Source of the DNA: Leucoraja ocellata
Taxonomy: Eukaryota
Reading direction: 5' to 3'
Length of the DNA: 64,000 bases
NCBI GenBank assembly: GCA_036785375.1
Contig: JAWMAR010000116.1
Location: 2,046,001-2,110,000 of the forward strand
This document shows, piece by piece, positions 46,401-55,649 of the stretch. The notes below the pieces were generated by a model. That model searched no databases and was not told the DNA's origin. It worked only from the letters and a program-made list of their open reading frames with translations. Numbering within the stretch: position 1 is the stretch's first letter; each line of letters begins with the position of its first letter. Position numbers and translations under genes: made by a program.

Positions 46401-47897
46401 AAAGTACTGCAGGCGAGACCACATATCTAATTACTGAAGGAGAGACCATGTCCCAAGCTACAACAGAAAAAATCATGTCCCAAAGTACTGAAAATGAAAT
46501 CACCTCCCAAATGTCTGCAGGAGAGACCACATCCCACCCTACAACAGGACAGACATCATCCCAAACTACTGCAGGAGAGATCATGTCCCAAACTACTAAA
46601 GGAGAGACCAGAGCCCAAACTAGTAAAGGAGACACCATTTCCCAAAGTACAACAGGAAAAGTCATAACCCAAAGTACTGGAGGAGAATCCTCCTCCCAAA
46701 CTATTGCAGTAGACAGCAGATCCCAAACTACCATGGAAGGGATCATATCCCTAACTACTGCAGGAGAGACCACATTTCAAACTACTGCAGAATGGACCAT
46801 GGCTCAAACTACTGCCAGAGCGATGATGCCCCAATCTACAGCAGAAAACCCAATGTCCCAAAGAACAACTGGAGAGACCGCAAACCAAACTACTGCAGGA
46901 GAGACAACGTCAAAAACTACCACAGGAGAAATCATGTCCCTCTCTACTACAGGAGAGATCACATCCTTAACTACTGCAGGAGAGATTATGTCCCTATCTA
47001 CAACAGGAAGAATTATTTCCCAAAGTTCTGAAGAAGAATCCACATTCCAAACTATTGCAGGAAAGATCAAGCCCCAAAGTACAACAAGAGAGACCACATC
47101 CCAATCTACTGCAGGAGAGATGATGTCACAAGCTGGAACAGGAGAGAACACAACCCAAACTTTCACCAAACAGGTCATATCCCAAACAACTCTGACTGAG
47201 GCTACACCCCAAACTTCTCCAACTGTGATCACATCCCCAAAACCAATCAATATACCATCTACTTTTACCACAAGCAACTCTTCATTCACAACAAGGACGA
47301 CTCCCACACCAACCTTAACGTTAACTTCATCAAGCATACCAAACTCATTCACAATTGCTACCACAGCAAGCGCCATAGCAAGCACATTTACCTCTCCACA
47401 TACAATGGCAATGACAATCAAAAGACCAACCTCATCGAGGATTACCAACAAAACCACTCCAGTTACAGCTACTACAGCAAACTCACCACTCACAAGGACC
47501 ACAATAACTGCAACCACCAGTGCTGCCACACCAAATACTAGAACATCCTCAGTTACGACAACCATCAGACCTGCAACTACCTCCACAACCATCAGACCTA
47601 CCACTTCCACTACAGCTATCACAACTACCACTGCCACAACCATTGCTTCATCCAATTCCTCCACACCCAACACACCAAGAACTTCTACAACAATCACACC
47701 AACCACATCCATCACAACCACCACACCAACCATCACCACCATAACCGTCACTTCAACCACAGCCAACAAACCAATCATTACCGCCATACTAGGCAAGGTC
47801 ACCAACCAAACCACTACCACCAAACCAGTGAAAATTACCACAACTCCTCCAGCTATTAGACCAAGCACCACTGAATCTACGCCTGATCCATCCTGTG
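2..47897 (+). CDS. Giant mucin (PTS-type) exon of a transmembrane mucin; 5' end lies upstream of the window
   Basis: Frame is open from base 2 (ACA TCA TTT GAG...), so the ATG at 23 is internal. No stop for about 47.9 kb; T/S/E/Q/G/A/M-rich 9-aa repeats. Ends ...GAT CCA TCC TGT G|GTAAGC (phase-1 donor at 47898), where composition switches abruptly to intronic. Confidence 0.93.
21434..42169 (+). repeat. 12 tandem copies of a 1728-bp (576-aa, 64 x 9-aa) higher-order repeat
   Basis: TIAPVTTAQ marker at 21434+1728n up to 42170; shadow ORFs recur exactly every 1728 bp (21897, 23625 ... 40905); manual count of one unit gives 64 nonamers. Confidence 0.95.
42170..44221 (+). repeat. Two 1026-bp (38-monomer) deleted variants of the higher-order repeat
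   Basis: Period changes to 1026 bp (markers 42170, 43196, 44222; shadow ORFs 41485, 42511, 43537); 702 bp (26 monomers) missing per copy. Confidence 0.92.
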
Positions 47898-47956
47898 GTA
47901 AGCAATTTCATTTTTCATTTAAAAAAACTGAGCAAACATCCTTTACTTGCAAAGAA

Positions 47957-48112
47957 NNNNNNNNNNNNNNNNNNNNNNNNNNNNNNNNNNNNNNNNNNNN
48001 NNNNNNNNNNNNNNNNNNNNNNNNNNNNNNNNNNNNNNNNNNNNNNNNNNNNNNNNNNNNNNNNNNNNNNNNNNNNNNNNNNNNNNNNNNNNNNNNNNNN
48101 NNNNNNNNNNNN
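47957..48112. other. Assembly gap (156 N)
   Basis: Run of N 59 bp into the intron after the giant exon. Confidence 0.99.
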
Positions 48113-48158
48113 AGTATATATGTGTATATAGATGCTGTGTAGGAAGGAATTGTTTCTT

Positions 48159-48246
48159 TAGGTGTCGACCTGAAAAGTCACCTATTCCTTTTCTCCAGAG
48201 ATGCTGTCTGACCATCTGAGTTACTCCAGCATTTTGTGTCTATCTT
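48159..48246 (+). mobile_element. Degenerate Penelope-like terminal-repeat fragment
   Basis: Matches the ...gaccc gaaacgtcacccattccttctctccagagatgctg...gagttactccagcattttgtgtctatc motif also seen at 51170-51252 and 58595-58680. Confidence 0.6.
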
Positions 48247-48249
48247 GTA

Positions 48250-48592
48250 TATAGATACTGCCTGACTTGTTTTTCAAGCATTTTCTGTATTTATTTTTAT
48301 CAATATATGTTGACAAAATATAAAATATATTGATAATATGTTGATTAAAAAAAATAATATATATATTTATATATTTATCAATATATATTATCAATATTAT
48401 TTTATCAATATATATATAATATTGATAATATATTTTGATAAATATATATATATATATAACTATATATACTATTAATATATTTTAAATTTTGTCAATGTCC
48501 ATTATATATATCTATATATATTGATAAATATAAATGCATATAGAAAAATAAATACAGAAATTGCTGGCAAAACAGGTCAGGAAGTATCTACA
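48250..48592. repeat. About 50-bp imperfect inverted repeat flanking a very AT-rich low-complexity spacer
   Basis: Left arm tagatactgcctgacttgtttttcaagcattttctgtatttattttt versus reverse complement of right arm aaaaataaatacagaaattgctggcaaaacaggtcaggaagtatcta; spacer is mostly A/T. Confidence 0.75.
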
Positions 48593-48704
48593 GATAGAGA
48601 AACAGTTAATGTTTCTGGTCTCCTCGCTTTCACCGGGTTCTCTTTTTCTTAGATCTGATGAAGCAATCCAACAATCCTTGATCATTTTGAATCACAAAAT
48701 ACAT

Positions 48705-49095
48705 CACCCATGTTTAAATTTATGTTTCTCAGTTTTAAATGACCTCCTCTTTATTCTTAGACTGTGGCCCCTGGTTCTGGACTCCCCCAACATTGGGAAC
48801 ATTTTTCCTGCATCTAGCTTGTCCAGTCCTTTTATAATTTTATACGTTTCTATAAGATACCCTCTCATCCTTCTCATTTCCAGTGAATACAAGCCCAGTC
48901 TTTCCAATCTTTCCTCATATGACAGTCCCGCCATCCCTGGGAATAACCTCGTGAACCTAAGCTGCACCACCTCAATAGCAAGGATGTTCTTCCTCAAATT
49001 AGGAGACCAAAACTGCACACAAAACGTGAGATGTGGTCTCACCGGGGCCTTGTACATCTGCAGAATGATCTCTTTACTCTTATACTCAAATCCTC
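48705..49095 (-). mobile_element. CR1-type LINE ORF2 C-terminal fragment
   Basis: Minus-strand translation LYKAPVRPHLTFCVQFWSPNLRKNILAIEVVQLRFTRLFPGM...LSYEERLERLGLYSLE is the typical CR1 ORF2 tail. Confidence 0.9.
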
Positions 49096-49237
49096 ACTCC
49101 TATACTCCTTACAGCTGCTACACAGTCAAGTGTACATTAAAGTGAACCATTTTTATTTCCCAAGGATGTGTTGTTAATGGACGTCTTAATTAAGAAATTA
49201 AGTCAGTTACTATTAATGAAATTTCTTTCATTTTCAG

Positions 49238-49492
49238 TACCCGTGAAGTTAATTCGTGTGAATTTGATCAGAGTAAAAAGTGATGAAATTTCGATTTCCT
49301 GGGAAACGTCTTTAAATGTCAAAGTTGTTTATAACGCCACTCTCTTCATATCTGATGTTCAAATCTCCAGTTTTATGACATATAAGAAAAAGGCAATATT
49401 TAGAGATCTACAATTGGGTGTGCAATATCGAGTTGTTGTTACGGTGAGAACTTGCGATCAGCCACACATCATCCAGAGAACAATCATAACAA
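49238..49492 (+). CDS. Mucin exon: fibronectin type III-like domain
   Basis: ttttcag| acceptor and |gtaagt donor; 255 nt, phase 1-1. VPVKLIRVNLIRVKSDEISISW...VVYNATL...AIFRDLQLGVQYRVVVTVRTC fits the FN3 pattern (W, Y, L-x-x-G-x-x-Y). Confidence 0.85.
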
Positions 49493-49654
49493 GTAAGTCT
49501 TGAGAGATAGTGCCGGAGTAACAAAACATGGCAAATATGTACAATGGACAAGGATAGCTTCACAAGGAAACAAATGTATTTGACCTGAAACGTAACTCTG
49601 TTTTTCTTTCAACAGAAGCTGTTTGCAATTATGAGGTTTTTTTAAATTTAGATG

Positions 49655-49885
49655 CACAAGGTCATATTTTTCACACGTAGGGCGGTGGTTATATGAAACA
49701 AGCTGCCGGAGGAGATAGTTGAGGCTGGGACTAGTGCAACATTTAAGAAACAATTAGATAGGACAGTTTTAGAGGGATATGGGCCAAACGCAAGCAAGTG
49801 GGACTAGTGTAGATGGGACATGTTGGTCGGCGTGGGCAAATTGGGCCGAAGGGCCTGTTTCAACACTGTATGACTCTATGACTTT
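49655..49885 (+). mobile_element. LINE (CR1/HER1-like) 3' end
   Basis: ttttcacac...gagatagttgaggc...atttaagaaaca...gggccgaagggcctgttt...tgtatgactctatgact; the tail is shared with the SINEs in this window. Confidence 0.7.
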
Positions 49886-50391
49886 AAGTGACCCAAATGA
49901 TGGTCATGCAGGATAGAAATGGTGACCAAGTAGCAGATAATTCAATGTCATGTTAATTCTGGACATCATTAGTAGTGTAGAGCAGAGCTACGGAGGGAGA
50001 ATACAGAGATTAAGCCTTAACAAAGCAGAATTAAAAATATGTTATTTTTGATTAGATGCATGTTCGTGCAATTATAAATTAATTACTCCACAGAGAATTC
50101 TGTTCTCTTTGCAATTCTTTTGGGTGGAGGGGAGAATAGAGTCCCCATCCACTTCACCTTGCAAGCCACATTGCCTGCTGCCGACCATTCACCAGGAGTA
50201 TTTATGTGCTACACTGGGAGATGCACTTATTCCATCCCAAAGTAATAGAGAGAATTTATATAATTTTAAAATTGTAACCTCTTCTAGTGTTCGTTGAGTT
50301 TTGTACTCTAGAACACCAGTTAGCATTTCATTGTTCATTTCATTTTTTCTTCTATATAAACCAGCTATTACCCCAGTTAGGCCCCCCTTGG

Positions 50392-50792
50392 TTATGACTG
50401 ACCATGGGTGATGCATCCTGGTTGGATGCAAGCCTGGGCGATGTCATATGGAGGACAGGCTGTTGCCCATGCAGCATGTTCCCCCTCTCCATGTCGCTGA
50501 TCGATCCAAAGGAACAGGGCCGTTACAGTTTGGCACCGGCGCCGTTGCAGGAGCTGCCAGAGCGAGGTTGTAGACAGCCCCTTAGGGGCTCTGACTCCAG
50601 ATTTTCTTGAGGTTTACTCCTGGAGCCTTTTCCATGACTGGATATGGCCACAAGGCAGTGGACGTTTTAAATCAGTTTTCCCTCTCCTAGATGGACTGCC
50701 TTCCCAGGCTGACGAGCCCCTTCTGCCCGAGACTCGTGGGGGCGGGAGCGTCTACCTTCCCGTGCAGGTCTATAGCACCTGCCCACTGCCCA
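50392..50792 (-). mobile_element. Probable RTE-clade retroelement 5' region or derived element
   Basis: GC-rich island. Minus strand carries GGGGCTCGTCAGCC..GGCAGTCCATCTAGGAGAGGGAAAACTGATTTAAAAC, resembling from memory a motif in RTE/Rex3 5' UTRs. Confidence 0.4.
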
Positions 50793-51065
50793 ACTATTAC
50801 CCTATAGAGAGTATATAGAGAGATATACAAAGCCCTTACCCCTCTCCCTGCTTCCCCTACATTCTTCAGCCTTCTTCCCCCTCCCCTGTGCCCAGCCTGG
50901 ACTTGCACTTATTTCTCCCCTTCCGCATACATTCCTTCCTCTAGCTTCACAATTCACAACTCTTCAATCCTTTCATCTCACTCCTTTTGCCTTTTCATCA
51001 ATGCCCTTCATCCAACCTTCTGCCTATCATTACCCCTCGCGTGTATCAACCTTTTACCTGCCAGT

Positions 51066-51291
51066 GATAGACACAAAATGCTGGAGTAACTCAGCGGGAC
51101 AGGCAGCAAGTCCAGAGAAAAGGAATGGGTGACGTTTCGGGCCGAGTCCCTTCTTCAGACTTAAGAAGGGTAGCGACCCGAAACGTCATGCATTTCTTCT
51201 CTCCAGAGATGCTGCCTATCCCGCTGAGTTACTCCAGCATTTCTTGTTTATCTTCGGTGTAAACCAGCATTTGCAGTTGTTTTCTACATGG
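51066..51291. mobile_element. Fold-back Penelope-derived element with 13-bp TSD and opposed hammerhead-like cores
   Basis: 51066-51158 is the approximate reverse complement of 51160-51252; direct repeat TTTACCTGCCAGT at 51053-51065 and 51292-51304. Confidence 0.8.
51128..51160 (-). ncRNA. Minimal type I hammerhead ribozyme-like motif
   Basis: Minus strand GU-CUGAAGA-A-GGG(ACUCGG)CCC-GAAAC-GUC^AC: intact CUGANGA and GAAA boxes, stem II, GUC site, only 2-bp stem III as in Penelope minimal hammerheads. Confidence 0.55.
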
Positions 51292-51423
51292 TTTACCTGC
51301 CAGTCCTTGTCTTGCCCCTTCTTTCTTCCATATTTCTTCCCCCCTCCCCCACCCCCAAGCTACAATTAGTCTGAAGGGGGATCTCAACCAGAAAGGTTAT
51401 CTATCCATGTTCTCCAGAGATGC

Positions 51424-51643
51424 TCTCTGGAATTCTCTGCCACAGAAGGTAGTTGAGGCCAGTTCATTGGCTATATTTAAGAGGGAGTTAGATGTGGCCC
51501 TTGTTGCTAAAGGGATCAGGGGGTATGGAGAGAAGGCAGGTACAGGATACTGAGTTGGATGATCAGCCATGATCATATTGAATGGCGGTGCAGGCTCGAA
51601 GGGCCGAATAGCCTACTCCTGCACCTATTTTCTATGTTTCTAT
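51424..51643 (+). mobile_element. 5'-truncated CR1 3' end
   Basis: ctctggaattctctgccacagaagg...gggccgaatagcctactcctgcacctattttctatgtttctatg; near-identical to 58316-58530; possible ATGCT TSD. Confidence 0.85.
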
Positions 51644-51664
51644 GCTGCGTTACCCACTGAGTTA

Positions 51665-51996
51665 TGGGCCTGTCCCACTTAAGCAACTTTTTCGGCAACT
51701 GCCGGCACCCGTCATAGGTCTTTGCAGGTCGCTGAAAATTGTTGAAAATCCAGTGGCGACCAGAACAAGGAATGACTCTTTGGGCGACTACTCATGACCG
51801 TACAGGCTTCATCCCTCGACATGTCGCCAGGGTGTCGCCTGTATGGTCGTGAGTAGTCTCCTGAGTCGCCCAAAGAGTCGTAGCGTCTTTCTGGTCGCCG
51901 CTGGATTTTCAACATGTTGAAAACTTTCGGAGACCTGCAACAATCTATGACGGGTGCCGGCAGTTGCCGAAAAAGTCGCTTAAGTGGGACAGGCCA
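51665..51996. mobile_element. PIF/Harbinger-type palindromic MITE
   Basis: TIRs TGGGCCTGTCCCACTTAAGC.ACTTTTTCGGCAACTGCCGGCACCCGTCATAG and its reverse complement; near-palindromic throughout; TTA TSD at 51662-64 and 51997-99. Confidence 0.85.
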
Positions 51997-52195
51997 TTAT
52001 TCCAGCACTTTGTGCCTTGTTTTTGTAAAACTTTGTATCTAGTGAATACACTAACTCCGCCACATCTTTGTTTCTGACCTCAGAAATGCCTAGTGTGTTA
52101 CAAAGTCCTTAATGTCATATGATATCTCAAAATATTTTGTCAAATATAAAATTCTAGTATTAATTAATATTTACTGTTTTTCTCACTCTCCAAAG

Positions 52196-52308
52196 GTTCC
52201 AAAGCTTTGGAAGCAAAAACAAGAATTATAAACAGAGAGTTTATACAAGCATATGAAGACAGGAATAGTCCTGAATATAAAGGATTTGCTAACAAATTCA
52301 TTCAAGAT
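52196..52308 (+). CDS. Mucin exon: SEA domain 1, N-terminal half
   Basis: ccaaag| acceptor, |gtaagt donor, phase 1-0. SSKALEAKTRIINREFIQAYEDRNSPEYKGFANKFIQD has the SEA F..xxxD..S.EY pattern. Not in the ORF track. Confidence 0.88.
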
Positions 52309-52541
52309 GTAAGTCTTTGCTCATCCTTTGTATTGTGAAAGAGTTAAGTAAAAATGTAATATCTGGGCATCACAATTCCCACTATATCACTCTTCTACTT
52401 AAATCTTAGAACATGCCACCAAACAACACAAGAATAGCATTTTCTCTAAGATTGCGCTCATCATTTCCTGATTAGGAGACGACATTAATTGTTGGCCTTG
52501 CTAATCATTTCCAGTGTATGTAAGTGAATTAACAAAAATAT

Positions 52542-52860
52542 GGGTGGCATGGTGGCACAGCGGTAGAGTTGCTGCCTTACAACGCCAGGGACATCAGTTC
52601 AATCCCGACTACGAGTGCTGTCCATATGGAATTTGTACGATCTCCCCGTGACAGCGTGGGTTTTCTCCGAGATTTTCAGTTTCCTCCCACACTATAAAGA
52701 CTTACAGGTTCGTAGGTTAATTGGCTTGGTATAAATGTAAGTTGTCCCTAGTGTGTCAAGGATAGTGTTAATGGGCGGGGATCGCTGGTCAGCACGGACT
52801 CGGTGGGCCGAAGGACATATTTATCTCTATACAAAACTAAACTAAATTGAATTAAACTAA
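52542..52860 (+). mobile_element. tRNA-derived SINE (HE1/V-SINE-like)
   Basis: A box TGGCACAGCGG, B-box-like AGTTCAATCCC, conserved core, gggccgaagg 3' tail and (ctaaa)n end. Confidence 0.85.
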
Positions 52861-53033
52861 ATCTGTTAGGACATATCGGATGATAACATCCAGTGCATTG
52901 AGGAAAGTTGGCATGTTTATTCCCATGCAATTGTCGATGTCAATTCACAAGGAATAGGGTTAAGGTTGGAATGAAGATCAGAATAAAATACAAATTGAGA
53001 TGCTAATAACAGATTGTTTTTGGTTTCTTCCAG

Positions 53034-53253
53034 ATGCTGAGCAGACTAGGACAAAATTTCAGAGAGCTATACAAACATGGAAACATGAGAATCTTCATAA
53101 ACAGCATTTTGCCAGGGAGTGTGAATGTAAACTTTACGATCGCTTATGCATCAGATGAAGATGTCACTTTTCTTGAAATTAAAAGAGCATTCATCAATTC
53201 TTTAAAGACGAGTCAAGAATTTAACATAGATTTTCAAAATACAACTATAACAG
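53034..53253 (+). CDS. Mucin exon: SEA domain 1, C-terminal half
   Basis: ttccag| acceptor, |gtaagg donor, phase 0-1. Contains ILPGSVNVNFTIAY (SEA G/S-V-x-V motif at 53115-53129). Confidence 0.9.
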
Positions 53254-53524
53254 GTAAGGTCTTTGAAAGCAAACCAAGGGAATGGTAAATGTTAGGAATT
53301 GTGTATGAAAACTACAATATAATTGTCCAGTCCTCTAAATATAGTCTCCTAGTCATCCCTTTCTTTCCTCTCCCTATCAATGGTCATGTTCAATTCAGAT
53401 CCATCACAGTTCAGAACCTATAAAGTTGTCTCTCATCTCTGACTTACTACCATTCCCTCAGTCTTGATCATTGCTTTGAAGGCTTTTGATGCCTTTCCCC
53501 ACAGTGGAATATTTTGATTCTGTT

Positions 53525-53698
53525 GTGGGGAGCGTTCATGTTGAATTCTATAATGTGTTGAGTCATTTTCTCTTATTTTTAATTTTTCTATGGATGTACG
53601 GAAACTTAATTACTTCTTTTATGTAAAGCACTTTGATTTCAACGCAAGTTGATTTAAACGTGCTATATAAATAAAATGTACTTACTCACTTACTTACT
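53525..53698 (+). mobile_element. L2-like LINE/SINE 3' end
   Basis: tgtaaagcactttg...gtgctatataaataaa followed by a (tact)n tail. Confidence 0.5.
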
Positions 53699-54160
53699 AA
53701 TAAAACCTAATTTCCCTGTGGCATATTTAAGCATGGTCTACAAGCAATGAAAGCACCAAGTGAGTGTTGGTTAATAAAGGGCACACCCTTGTAGTCGGCT
53801 CTTGGTTACATCAATCACTACTATAGTTAGAGCTTACCAACACTCCCAGTTTGATTCAAGGTCCACTCCCAAGTTTACTACTTGTGGCATGCATCCAAGT
53901 TTTTCCTCCCTTGTTTGTGCTCATTTTGTGTTTGTGAAGTGCCTGGAACATTTTTGATGGATGATTTATGACTGGATCTTAAAGTCACATCACGTTTTCT
54001 TTTTCAAGCATATTTGAAAAATCGGGGTGATGAAATAATATACTCCGTGCAGAACAATGCCAAATCTGAATAGAAAATGAGGTGAATTGCGAGTTCATAG
54101 TTAGCTACCAGAATGAACGGGTGTAACAGAAAGGCAAGAACGGAGGAAGGAGAAAGATGA

Positions 54161-54462
54161 AGGGCGGCACAGTAGAGCGGTGGAGTTGCTGCTTATGGTG
54201 CCAGAGACCTGGGTTCGATCCTGACTATGGATGCTCTCTGTACGGAGTTTGTACGTTCTCCATGTGACCGTGTAGGTTTTGTCTGGTTGCTCCGGTTTCC
54301 TCTTGCACTCCGAAGACGTACAAGTTTGTAGTTCAAATGGCTTCGGTTAAATTGTCCCTTGTGTGTAGGATAGTATTAGTGTGTGGGGTGATCGCTGGTC
54401 AGCGCGGACTAGGTGAGCCGAAGGGCCTGTTTCCGCGCTGTATCTCTAAAGTCTAAAGTCTA
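54161..54462 (+). mobile_element. tRNA-derived SINE (HE1/V-SINE-like)
   Basis: gggcggcacag..., B box GGTTCGATCC, tail gaagggcctgtttccgcgctgtatctctaaagtctaaagtctaa. Confidence 0.88.
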
Positions 54463-54842
54463 ATGAAAAGCCTTGATATTAAAGTTAGGATAAATCAGGA
54501 AAATTAGTGTCGTAATCTGTCGTATCCAACCAGAGTACAAGGCTGAAATCTACTGTCACAGAGAGAACGTGCAGACTCCACATGGAGAGTTCTGAAGGTC
54601 TGTACTGAAATTCAGTCACTGGAGCTGTGCGACTGTGCGACCCAAGCTGCCTCATTCAGAAGCTCCTGTAGCAGAATCTACAGATTCTCCGCAGAACTGA
54701 TTAATTACCTTAGCACATACAGATCATCAATGAAAGCAAGTCATCCTTGACTCTAATAAGCCACAAGTATAACTTGCCCAGACTTTGACTAAACTAATTT
54801 AACATTTTAAAAGTTGAATTCATTTTCTAACAGTTCTCTAGC

Positions 54843-55183
54843 TTTAGGCTTTTTTAGGCTTTATGTTTAGAGATTCAGTGTGGAAACAGGCTTTTCGGCC
54901 CACCGAGTCCCCACCGACCAGTGATCACCCTGTACACTCGCACTATCCTACACACTAGGGACAATTCACAATTTACAGAAGCTAATTCAGGAGTAATTCA
55001 GGAGTAATTCATGAATGAATTAACCTACAATCCTGTATCTCTTTGGAGTGTGGAAGGAAACCAGTGCACCCGGAGAAAATCCACGTGATCACAGGGAGGA
55101 CATACAAACTCCGTACAGACAGCACCCATAATTAGGATTGAACCCGGGTCTAGCGCCTCAACTGCTGCGCCATTGTGCTGCCC
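54843..55183 (-). mobile_element. tRNA-derived SINE, antisense copy
   Basis: Reverse complement of the 54161 family, with an internal (taattcaggag) duplication. Confidence 0.85.
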
Positions 55184-55266
55184 TCTTCTTTAAAATTGAT
55201 CTCATCTGTTTCTGCATGGCATATTTCTCTATTCCTTGTACTTTAAGCTTGGTTCTTTTATTACAG

Positions 55267-55404
55267 AGAGAGACAGTTGTCAACCCGGGCTAAATGACTG
55301 TTCAGGTAATGGAACTTGTATCAGGCTGAATGCGTCCTATACCTGCCAATGCAATGTTGGGTTCGAAGATACAAGCTCTGACGTCCCGGGAAGAGTGTGT
55401 GAAG
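55267..55404 (+). CDS. Mucin exon: EGF-like domain 1
   Basis: ttacag| acceptor, |gtagga donor; 138 nt, phase 1-1. ERDSCQPGLNDCSGNGTCIRLNASYTCQCNVGFEDTSSDVPGRVCE has 6 Cys in EGF spacing. Confidence 0.92.
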
Positions 55405-55488
55405 GTAGGACTTTACCTGAGTTTAAAACACTGCGTGAAGCTGAATTTTTGCCTCCAGTAATTGTTTTAATCTAAATTCTTGTTCCAG

Positions 55489-55649
55489 ATGTTGATGAGT
55501 GTCAGACGGGAAACAACACGTGCTCTGAATTTGCCGCCTGCACCAATAACCCTGGCAATTTCTCATGCAGCTGTTTACAGGGAATTATAGATACCAATCC
55601 CGCAAACCCAGGAGCTGAACAGTTGAACCAGCGGCTGTGTGGACAGTAG
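55489..55649 (+). CDS. Mucin exon: Ca-binding EGF domain 2 (3' boundary unresolved)
   Basis: ttccag| acceptor after an 84-nt intron. DVDECQTGNNTCSEFAACTNNPGNFSCSCLQGIIDTNPANPG, then no strong phase-1 donor; reads on AEQLNQRLCGQ to TAG at 55647-55649. Confidence 0.8.

Larger units (their letters stand above)
4450..47200 (+). repeat. 27-bp coding minisatellite, consensus approx. TTAGET(T/M)SQ
   Basis: Recurrent actactgcaggagagaccatgtcccaa; the 9-aa register is kept almost throughout. Confidence 0.92.
50830..52030 (+). mobile_element. Penelope-like 3' terminal region acting as host to three nested insertions
   Basis: C/T-rich tract homologous to 61420-61770. After removing the inserts it reads continuously ...tttacctgccagt...gtctgaagg...tccagagatgct-gc..cccactgagtta-ttccagcactttgtg. 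Confidence 0.65.

Noticed and set aside
4450-47200. CRISPR array or bacterial serine-rich adhesin interpretation
   Set aside because: Repeats are contiguous in-frame monomers with no unique spacers or cas genes; spliceosomal introns and vertebrate retroelements are present.
2827-47871. Over 150 minus-strand (V/S/W/D-rich or Cys-rich) and alternate-frame ORFs
   Set aside because: Shadows of the ACN/TCN-biased mucin frame; they repeat with the same 1728-bp period and lack any independent domain.
47898-48219. ORF extension to 48142 and X-containing ORFs
   Set aside because: Read-through of the GTAAGC donor into intron and the N gap.
52542-52612. tRNA genes at A/B-box motifs (also 54161, 56963, 63870)
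   Set aside because: They are SINE heads followed by core and LINE-derived tail; no complete cloverleaf.
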